The notes under the pieces: generated by a model
What the model was told of the DNA's origin: nothing
What the model saw: only the letters and a program-made list of their open reading frames with translations
The model's database searches: none
Translations under genes and position numbers: made by a program
In this document: positions 57,097 to 64,000 of the stretch, piece by piece
How positions within the stretch are numbered: position 1 is the first letter of the stretch
Layout: each line of letters starts with the position of its first letter
NCBI GenBank assembly: GCA_902532675.1
Contig: CACAIY010000002.1
Coordinates: forward strand, 38,774 to 102,773
DNA from: an uncultured SAR86 cluster bacterium
GTDB taxonomy: Bacteria; Pseudomonadota; Gammaproteobacteria; Magnimaribacterales; Magnimaribacteraceae
DNA length: 64,000 nt
Reading direction: 5' to 3'

Positions 57097-57654
57097 ATGG
57101 AGATTAATATGATTTTAAGAAAATTGTTTATAAATATAAGTGCACTAATGTTTATTAGTTCACATATTGTATCTGCAGAACCACTAACTATTGGTGGTGT
57201 AGAGATGGGAGATGACTCTAAAAGTGTTGCATTTGAGCAAGTAAAGAAAAAAATTGGAAAATGGGAAGGAACAATGACGCAAGGCTTAACAGGAGCTGTT
57301 TTTGATGTTTCTTATGTTTTTAGATTAACTTCTGGAGGTAATACTATTACTGAAACTTTAGTAGAAGATGGTGTAGAGATGTTAACTACCTACAGTGATG
57401 ATGATGGTGAGCTCGTTATTAAACATTATTGTGGTCTAGGAACAGAACCCATATTTGAAGTTGACCAATTAAGTGGAAAAATTTTGTCTATTAAATTAGA
57501 TAAATCTAAAACTGATTTACATTCGGAACATGAGAGTTTTGTAACTAATATGAAATGGACAATGAACTCAAAAGATTCAATGTCATTTGAAAATACAGTT
57601 ATGTTAGATGGCGAACCTACAACTAATAAAGCTTACTTAAAGAGAGTTTATTAA
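57097..57654 (+). CDS. secreted hypothetical protein (lipocalin/DUF1579-like beta-barrel suspected)
   Basis: 185 aa with a signal peptide ending VSA. The GKWEGTMT...RLTSGGNTITETL pattern is reminiscent of DUF1579, but the family call is tentative. Confidence 0.5.
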   Translation: MEINMILRKLFINISALMFISSHIVSAEPLTIGGVEMGDDSKSVAFEQVKKKIGKWEGTMTQGLTGAVFDVSYVFRLTSGGNTITETLVEDGVEMLTTYSDDDGELVIKHYCGLGTEPIFEVDQLSGKILSIKLDKSKTDLHSEHESFVTNMKWTMNSKDSMSFENTVMLDGEPTTNKAYLKRVY

Positions 57655-57655
57655 T

Positions 57656-58501
57656 CTAATTTGTGAGTTGTGCTGCTAATTTAGCAGAATTACGCAGCAT
57701 TTTCTCATTGATACCAGTTTCATATCCTTCTTTATGCAACATTGAGACTAAGTCCTCAGTAGCTAAATTTCCTGAAGCACCAGGAGCAAATGGACAACCT
57801 CCTAATCCTGCAATACATGAATCAAATTTAGTAATGCCCTCTTCCATTGCAGCCTTAACGTTTGATAAGGCTAATAACCTAGTGTCGTGAAAGTGAGCTG
57901 AAAAAACAGATGACCCAAAGTCTTTAACTAATTCTTTGAAGACTTTTTGAACTTGATTAGGGTTACCTGCTCCTATTGTATCTGCAATAACTACTTCATT
58001 TATCCCATAAGAAAGAAATTCCTTAGTTAAATCGTAGACGTATCCGGAATTTACTGGCCCTTCATAAGGACATTCAAAAGCAACAGATATGTATATTTTT
58101 GTTCTTATTTGATCTTTTTTGGCCATATCTATTATTGCTTTAAATTCAGTTATTGTGTCTTTGATATTTTTATTTATGTTTTCCTTATTCATAGATTCAG
58201 TAGCACATAAAACTAAACAAACTTCTTTTACTTTATTCTCTTTTGCTTGTTTATAGCCGTGGGTGTTAGGTATAAGGACTGAATAGTTACTATTGCTAGT
58301 TGAAAGCTTTTCTAACAAAGCATCAGTTTTATGCATAGCAGGAACCGCTTTAGGGTTTACAAAGCTACCCACTTCTAGTGAATTTATTCCTGCTCTTTCT
58401 AATGACTCTATAAGTTGAAATCTCTCATCTACATTTAAAATTATATCTATATTTTGAAGACCATCTCTAGGCCCTACTTCATTAACAAATATCTTCTTCA
58501 T
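57656..58501 (-). CDS. hydroxymethylglutaryl-CoA lyase family protein
   Basis: 281 aa. EVGPRDGLQN signature, HFHDTR metal-binding motif, GLGGCPFAPGASGN catalytic loop. Confidence 0.85.
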   Translation of the reverse strand: MKKIFVNEVGPRDGLQNIDIILNVDERFQLIESLERAGINSLEVGSFVNPKAVPAMHKTDALLEKLSTSNSNYSVLIPNTHGYKQAKENKVKEVCLVLCATESMNKENINKNIKDTITEFKAIIDMAKKDQIRTKIYISVAFECPYEGPVNSGYVYDLTKEFLSYGINEVVIADTIGAGNPNQVQKVFKELVKDFGSSVFSAHFHDTRLLALSNVKAAMEEGITKFDSCIAGLGGCPFAPGASGNLATEDLVSMLHKEGYETGINEKMLRNSAKLAAQLTN

Positions 58502-59664
58502 ATCAAATTATTTTCTGTAAGCCAGTTAAAACAAACTTTTGCAGATTCTTTTGACTTTTCAGGTTGCCCAAAATAATAATGATTAGCGTCTTGAATCCAA
58601 GCTAACTGTTTCTTTTTATTACCAATTGCATTGTATAAATTATGTGTATGTGAAGGAGTAATTCCATCATCTGCTGTATTGCCAATTACTAGAGTAGGTA
58701 CTGATATATTTTTTGCACAATTTATGCCATCTCCCTTAGCATAATCATAACTCCATTGAGACATCCAGCTTCTAAGTGAACAGTATCTTGCCAAACCTAT
58801 AGGGCTATTATTGACAACTTTTGGATCTCCTAAAAAACACCAGTTTGGTTTCCTGCCATTTGGGTCTATAGAAGGATCTAACCATTTAGGATCAGCCATA
58901 GTCCTATGAACAATAAAACCAAATTCTCTATCTTTTTCATTGTTCTTTTTAAAGTCTGACAGTTTTTCTTGCACCCATGAAGTTATCCTTCTATTCCTTT
59001 CTATTTGTGCTTTCCTGTAAGTATCTACAAATTCTTGCGAATAAGCAGGCTGATTAGGGTTATCAGGATTATAAATATCTAGTTTGGTTTCTCTATTTTC
59101 TGGTTCTTGTTCGTTTATAACAGATCCATCAATCCATTCAGTAAAAGTTCTATGTCTTGATTCATGTGCCGCTATAAGCATTATTCCATCAGCGGGGATA
59201 AATTGTTCATCAATAAGATTAATTGCATCACCAGCTGGTGTTTCTGTAATTGAAGGATTTTCAGCTTCTGATTGGTAAAACAAAGAAAGCGAACCCCCTC
59301 CACTCCAACCTCCAAGTACAATTTTTTCGTATCCATGATCTAACTTTAAAGATTTAATGCAATTTCCTAGATCTATAAGAACTTTTTCCATAATTAAAGC
59401 AGAATCTGTACCCCTATACCTGCTGTCACACCAAACAGTATCTATATTCTGTTTGGCCAATGAATTAAGCATTGGTAGATAGCTACCACCTCCAGTGGGA
59501 TGCATAAATACTACAGCTGTTTTATTTGTTGAATCTAATGGTTTTAATAGATGAGCTGTTAAAGCTACTGTACCGATCTCACCTGCATAAGTATCTTTAT
59601 ACGAAGAAGTGTCTTTAAAAGCGAATATCAAAGGAGTTCTTTGATATTTTACTTGGTCATTCAT
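58498..59664 (-). CDS. alpha/beta hydrolase fold protein, cytoplasmic, unknown substrate
   Basis: 388 aa. Nucleophile elbow GGWSGGG, C-terminal Asp/His region (GNTADDG ... DANHYY). 4-nt overlap with the HMGL-like gene. Confidence 0.7.
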   Translation of the reverse strand: MNDQVKYQRTPLIFAFKDTSSYKDTYAGEIGTVALTAHLLKPLDSTNKTAVVFMHPTGGGSYLPMLNSLAKQNIDTVWCDSRYRGTDSALIMEKVLIDLGNCIKSLKLDHGYEKIVLGGWSGGGSLSLFYQSEAENPSITETPAGDAINLIDEQFIPADGIMLIAAHESRHRTFTEWIDGSVINEQEPENRETKLDIYNPDNPNQPAYSQEFVDTYRKAQIERNRRITSWVQEKLSDFKKNNEKDREFGFIVHRTMADPKWLDPSIDPNGRKPNWCFLGDPKVVNNSPIGLARYCSLRSWMSQWSYDYAKGDGINCAKNISVPTLVIGNTADDGITPSHTHNLYNAIGNKKKQLAWIQDANHYYFGQPEKSKESAKVCFNWLTENNLI

Positions 59665-60227
59665 TATTGGGTCTTTTCTCTAAGATCTAAAGCTTCATTA
59701 CCAAATTTTTCTAATTTTAGACCTCTTGTTTCTTTGGTCCATTGATCTAGTTCTTTATGCGCTTTATTGGCATCTTCTTCCATTATTTGATCATGATCTT
59801 TAGCTCTGCACGTAAATTCTAACTGTATTCCATTTGGATCAAAGATATAAAGTGATGTTACAAATTCGTGATCAATAGTAAAAGAATCCCATCCAACAGA
59901 ATTAAGCTGTTCTTTGACTTTCTCTAAGTCTGTTAACGAGTTAACTTGTACAGCTACGTGACTATCGAATCCATTCATGTCTTTAAAGAAGTCTGAAGGT
60001 GCGTTATGCGGGTCATCAAAAAAGGCAATATAATTACCATCAGTCATTTCAAAAAAAACATGCATATATTTCATCTCTTTATCTGTTCCAGAAACATGAT
60101 CAAAAGACATAGCCGCTGCCAACTTGAGGCCTAAGACGTCTTCGTAAAACCATCTAGTTTGCTCGGCATCTCTGCACCTATAGGCAACATGGTGTACTCC
60201 TTCTATTTCAACGTACTTCTTCGACAT
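59664..60227 (-). CDS. VOC (glyoxalase/bleomycin-resistance/extradiol dioxygenase) family protein
   Basis: 187 aa. Paired beta-alpha-beta-beta-beta modules with metal ligands (GVHHVAYRC ... HVAVQV ... LEFTC). 1-nt overlap with the downstream hydrolase. Confidence 0.8.
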   Translation of the reverse strand: MSKKYVEIEGVHHVAYRCRDAEQTRWFYEDVLGLKLAAAMSFDHVSGTDKEMKYMHVFFEMTDGNYIAFFDDPHNAPSDFFKDMNGFDSHVAVQVNSLTDLEKVKEQLNSVGWDSFTIDHEFVTSLYIFDPNGIQLEFTCRAKDHDQIMEEDANKAHKELDQWTKETRGLKLEKFGNEALDLREKTQ

Positions 60228-60259
60228 TTCTCCCCCTTTCTTAATTAAATAATAACTTA

Positions 60260-61270
60260 TTATTCTTCAAAATGATTAACCATCTCTTCAATTATTGCAG
60301 GAATTAATAAAGTTGGAAAATTATGACCCATTCCTTCAATGATTAACTTTTCTGAGTTTTTGATTTCATTAGCTATAGCCTCTCCATGGTCCACAGGAAT
60401 TAAAGGATCTTCAGTACCATGAATTATTAAGGTAGGTATGGACACTTCTTTAAGTTTTTTAAATCTATTAGGGCTTGAACCTACAGCAGCCATATGACCA
60501 GAATTTGGATTATTTCCATGCTCCGCCATAGATTTAAGTATTTTTTTAAGATTTTCATATTCTAGTTTTAAAAAACTAGGACCTATTAAAGCTAGATTTA
60601 CTACTTCAGATGATTCATAAGGCTTACCTTGAAGAGTTAATACAAAAGATTCCTTCATAGCTTTTACATATTCTGGGTACGGACCTGATAATCCAGCGGT
60701 ATCAAAACCAGGCGTTGTCATTATACCGGTAAATGTTTTTACTCTTTCCGGATACTTTAATGCAATAACCTGTGCAATCATTCCTCCCATTGATACGCCA
60801 ACTATATGGGCTTTATCTATTTTTAAATGATCTAATAGCGAGATTCCGTCAAGAGCCATGTCCTCTAGATTGTATTGCGAAGGCACACCACCCATTTTGA
60901 ACTGGCCTCTTTCATCTAGCATCTGATCAAAAAACCAATCCACTATTGGCTCTTGAATGAAAACTGGCATATATTTAATAAACTTAATAACTGCTGACTC
61001 TTTTGTAGGCCAGGTTGATTTACCAGTGTCCCTATTGTCGTAAGTGATTACATAGAGGTTTTGATTTATCAGACCTTGTATTAACTCAGGAGGCCAACGT
61101 TTTAAGTTTGAATTTAAGCCCATTATCATTAATACAGGCGGATTTGAATTATCTCCATGAGCCTCCCACCAAATATCAATATCATTTAATGAAGAAATTT
61201 GACCCTCATTAGCGTTAGAGGAGTTAAGAAATAATAAAAAAACTATAAAAATGAAACTTTTCATAGACAA
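60260..61270 (-). CDS. secreted alpha/beta hydrolase
   Basis: 336 aa with a signal peptide. GxSxG (GVSMGG), HGTEDPLIP, GMGHNF catalytic His region. Confidence 0.8.
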   Translation of the reverse strand: MSMKSFIFIVFLLFLNSSNANEGQISSLNDIDIWWEAHGDNSNPPVLMIMGLNSNLKRWPPELIQGLINQNLYVITYDNRDTGKSTWPTKESAVIKFIKYMPVFIQEPIVDWFFDQMLDERGQFKMGGVPSQYNLEDMALDGISLLDHLKIDKAHIVGVSMGGMIAQVIALKYPERVKTFTGIMTTPGFDTAGLSGPYPEYVKAMKESFVLTLQGKPYESSEVVNLALIGPSFLKLEYENLKKILKSMAEHGNNPNSGHMAAVGSSPNRFKKLKEVSIPTLIIHGTEDPLIPVDHGEAIANEIKNSEKLIIEGMGHNFPTLLIPAIIEEMVNHFEE

Positions 61271-61277
61271 GAAATTT

Positions 61278-62855
61278 CTACGGAGAAATTTTATAAATAG
61301 ATCTCTTCATTTCATCTGTTGCGAAGATATTTCCTTTATGAGCTACTATTCCATTAAAAACCATTGAAGGCGGTTGGAGTGGTGAAGCAGCTGGACTGCC
61401 GGCACTTAAGTTGGCAATTACTGATATTTTGTTATCAGAGATAGACTTAATTTCTCCAGTGTCTCCTTCATACACAAATATAGTATCGTCAATAAAAGCT
61501 ATTCCCTCAGGTGAATCTAAACCAGAAATTAAGATATTTTTATCTCCCGAGGAAGAAATCATTACCACTTCTCCCCTATTTCTATCTGAAACCAGGAGTC
61601 CATCTTTATAAGGAATGACATGAGTAGGAGAATCAAAATCGTCAGATAAAATATCCAAACTACCGTCGTCGTTCAGTATAGAAATAGAAGAATTTCCATG
61701 CAGAGCTACTGCATATGAATCTTTAAACTTTGCAGTTGATACAGGTATATTCAATCCTTCAAAGCTCTTAACTATCTTACCATTTTCAGGATTAAGAATT
61801 TTTACCGTATTGTCTACCCAGCTTGTTAGCAGTACGTAATCATCTAATATAGCCGCAGATGTGTTAGCTCCTAAAGGCGACGCTCTAAATATATTCCTTA
61901 AGACCCAGTCCTGATTCCTATTGTTAATATTAAAAGATCTGACAGACTGGATATCAGCAATGACAAGGCTGTCTTTATAAACAGCTAAGCCTCCTGGATG
62001 TGAGATGCCACCAGGCAGTATTTCTTCAGTCTTATCTCCGTTAACTTTTAAGATTGAACCATCAGCATAACTTGAAACAAATATTTCATCTTTATCATTA
62101 AAAGCAAAGTTATCTAAGCCTGTAAGCAGGTTGGCTATAGTTACTAATTCTCCATCAATTACTTTTAATACTTTTCCATCTGCGGTATCCAAGATGTGTA
62201 GTATTCCATTTGAATCAAACTTTACTGCAGCAGGAACATTTAAACCTGTTGCTTCAACTCGCATTTCTCCAGTGTCTACGTTTAAGCTCACAACTTCATT
62301 TTTAAACCACCTTGGTCCATACAACCTTCCATCAGGACCCCAATCCATGCCATTCAAGCCGCAATAAGGCCCCAATCCTTCTTTTATACTCCTAGGCTCC
62401 CCTATTCCTAAAGGATCAACTTCAAATAAACCATCATCGTAAAAGCATTGAGCGACAAATAATCTGCCGTCATCAGAGAAAGTAATAGGATTTACGCCTG
62501 GACCCAGGTTGGCAGCGATAATTTTCTTTCCTTCAGAATTAAAGCCTGCGACTTCTCCTGTAAGGATCGTAGTCCAGTAAAATTCTCCTTCGTTGTTAAA
62601 TGCAACATCATCAGGTCCAAAGACACCTTCTTCTGGACCATATCTCTTAATTATTTTTTTAGATTCTGTATCTACCACAGATATATCAGACCCGATAACA
62701 GAAGTAGCATATAAATAACCATCTGGACCAAAATGAATTCCATTTACACCAGAGATTTTAGCCCCAGCTGAAAATAACTCTACGTTTAATTTTTCTCTTT
62801 CACCGCATGAAGTTATTAAAGATAAAAGAAGCAAGGTTATATATATATTCTTCAC
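61278..62855 (-). CDS. beta-propeller lipoprotein (NHL / SMP-30-gluconolactonase-like repeats), function unknown
   Basis: 525 aa. Lipobox LITSC. About 12 repeats of roughly 40 aa with a recurrent G.DG.L/I(Y/F)V.. blade pattern (GPDGYLY, SDDGRLFV, GPDGRLY, DSNGILHI, DKDEIFV ...). Confidence 0.6.
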   Translation of the reverse strand: MKNIYITLLLLSLITSCGEREKLNVELFSAGAKISGVNGIHFGPDGYLYATSVIGSDISVVDTESKKIIKRYGPEEGVFGPDDVAFNNEGEFYWTTILTGEVAGFNSEGKKIIAANLGPGVNPITFSDDGRLFVAQCFYDDGLFEVDPLGIGEPRSIKEGLGPYCGLNGMDWGPDGRLYGPRWFKNEVVSLNVDTGEMRVEATGLNVPAAVKFDSNGILHILDTADGKVLKVIDGELVTIANLLTGLDNFAFNDKDEIFVSSYADGSILKVNGDKTEEILPGGISHPGGLAVYKDSLVIADIQSVRSFNINNRNQDWVLRNIFRASPLGANTSAAILDDYVLLTSWVDNTVKILNPENGKIVKSFEGLNIPVSTAKFKDSYAVALHGNSSISILNDDGSLDILSDDFDSPTHVIPYKDGLLVSDRNRGEVVMISSSGDKNILISGLDSPEGIAFIDDTIFVYEGDTGEIKSISDNKISVIANLSAGSPAASPLQPPSMVFNGIVAHKGNIFATDEMKRSIYKISP

Positions 62856-62870
62856 ATTTAGTTCTCCTTT

Positions 62871-64000
62871 TTAAGTCTTTATAACGTATTCAGAATCTAT
62901 CTTTTTTATTTCCTTTCTTAATAAAATTAATGCTATTAAATTTGGGACGGTAGCAATAGGTCCAATAACTGTAGCTATATCCCAAACTATCTTAGTATCT
63001 ATTATTGAAGCAGTAAAAAAGGCAGCTACATAAATAACTCTATACCAGAAAACCCACCCTTCTCCAAAAAGATGGACGGTTGCCCTGTCTCCGTAATATG
63101 ACCAAGCAATAACAGTTGAAAAAGCAAATAACAAAAGACCAATAGCGACTATATATTGACCAAAATCTCCAAATATACTCTTAGTAAAAGCTTTGCCTGT
63201 TAAATCTGCACCAAGAAGCAAAGAGTCTCCTCTTAAAATATATTCACCTGTATTCTTAATGCTTCCATTATTTATTTCCATTGATCCTGTGTATAAAGAA
63301 TTATCTTTAGAAAGATAAACAATGGTATTTTCAGCTATTGATCTATTATGAAGAAGAGTAACTTTCTCTAAATTGATCTTTCCATCAATTACTTCAATTG
63401 GTCCTGTATATTCTATTTCAGAGTTATTTCCATAGTAGTAGCTCCTAAGTTCAGTAGCATCTTCTTGGTTTGTTTCTATAAACTTCCCTTCAACGAAGAC
63501 CATTGCACTAGCTTCGAATTTATTTTCAAATTTCTGATTCCAAACACCAGACGAAAGGATAACCAAGCCAGTAAGAGTGCAAATAATTATTGTATCGATA
63601 AAAGGTTCAAGTATTGAAACCATACCTTCCTCTATAGGATTTTCTGTTTTAGATGAGGCGTGAGCTATGGGAGCGGAACCTTGACCAGCTTCGTTGGAAT
63701 ACAGTCCTCTATTAACACCTCTCGTAAGTGCAGCAGCGACGCTAGCACCTAGAAAACCTCCAATTGCAGCGGTTGGCGTAAAGACATGGATAAAAATTGA
63801 CTGGAAAGAAGGGATTATATTTTCGTAATTACTAATAATTACAGCTAATCCTCCCACTATGTACCAAAAAGCCATAAAAGGAACTAATTTACTAGCTATT
63901 TGAGCAATTCGTTTAATACCGCCAATAATTACTAACCAAACAAGAACTGAGAGAACTAATCCAGTTACAATCTTAGGTATATTAAAAGTATCAAGTAAAA
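62871..64000 (-). CDS. alanine/glycine:cation symporter (AGCS) family transporter, partial (N-terminus beyond the 3' edge), with a loop insertion of about 100 aa
   Basis: AGCS signature RGLYSNEAGQGSAPIAHA, FIDTIIICTLT, FAFSTVIAWSYYGD. The open frame continues upstream of the first Met to the window edge. Confidence 0.85.
   Translation of the reverse strand, partial: LLDTFNIPKIVTGLVLSVLVWLVIIGGIKRIAQIASKLVPFMAFWYIVGGLAVIISNYENIIPSFQSIFIHVFTPTAAIGGFLGASVAAALTRGVNRGLYSNEAGQGSAPIAHASSKTENPIEEGMVSILEPFIDTIIICTLTGLVILSSGVWNQKFENKFEASAMVFVEGKFIETNQEDATELRSYYYGNNSEIEYTGPIEVIDGKINLEKVTLLHNRSIAENTIVYLSKDNSLYTGSMEINNGSIKNTGEYILRGDSLLLGADLTGKAFTKSIFGDFGQYIVAIGLLLFAFSTVIAWSYYGDRATVHLFGEGWVFWYRVIYVAAFFTASIIDTKIVWDIATVIGPIATVPNLIALILLRKEIKKIDSEYVIKT

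Noticed and set aside
1-64000. About 45 short ORFs in the track that lie antisense to, or out of frame within, strongly supported genes (for example 431-622, 518-829, 1073-1330, 1509-1730, 6975-7265, 12136-12399, 17769-17978, 22202-22411, 24384-24629, 25942-26195, 34051-34315, 43547-43735, 43952-44134, 57663-57890, 61411-61611, 62131-62367).
   Set aside because: Each is fully embedded in a longer ORF with clear family motifs. They have odd, low-complexity compositions and no RBS context. They are typical shadow ORFs.
1-64000. Search for CRISPR arrays, IS elements or transposases, integrases, prophage genes, toxin-antitoxin pairs, restriction-modification or other defence modules.
   Set aside because: I saw no regularly spaced direct repeats, terminal inverted repeats or recombinase, nuclease or reverse-transcriptase-like translations. 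Every ORF of 150 aa or more is assignable to housekeeping or metabolic families, or is a secreted hypothetical protein. I therefore do not claim a hidden defence or mobile system.

Overview
AT-rich (about one-third GC by eye), very tightly packed chromosomal core region. It is most consistent with a streamlined marine-type gammaproteobacterium. Three gene orders support this: an E. coli-like msbA-lpxK-ycaR-kdsB order, a Pseudomonas/Vibrio-like csiV-mfd ... long-GAPDH-nqrABCDEF-apbE-nqrM order, and purB/mnmA/icd/clpSA/infA linkage. I support about 65 CDS and one tRNA-Ser(UGA). Three conserved genes are missing from the ORF track: a partial tdk at the 5' edge, a 55-aa YcaR/Trm112-like gene and a 58-aa nqrM. 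The content is housekeeping plus lipid and organic-acid catabolism: ETF, ETF-QO, acyl-CoA dehydrogenases, crotonase, a dienoyl-CoA reductase-like SDR, aldehyde dehydrogenase, isocitrate lyase, a CoA-transferase and an HMG-CoA lyase-like enzyme. I found no transposases, integrases, CRISPR arrays, phage genes or recognisable defence or toxin modules, so I do not claim a novel multi-gene system. The most unusual observation is a pair of paralogous purine/GGA-rich elements of about 170-215 nt. Each sits in one of the few long spacers between convergent genes (8024-8221 plus strand; 21895-22176 minus strand). Each has a sigma70-like promoter with the same architecture, and one has a strong intrinsic terminator. 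They could be an undescribed sRNA pair, or a tiny basic-protein gene plus a decayed copy. Other points of interest are an in-frame MsbA-LpxK fusion, an alanine/cation symporter with an inserted loop domain of about 100 aa, an uncharacterised hydrolase/VOC/lyase operon, a tandem acyl-CoA dehydrogenase pair whose second member lacks a catalytic Glu, and a waaC whose conserved N-terminus lies upstream of any ATG/GTG/TTG. All homology statements come from reading the translations against remembered family motifs. No database search was run.
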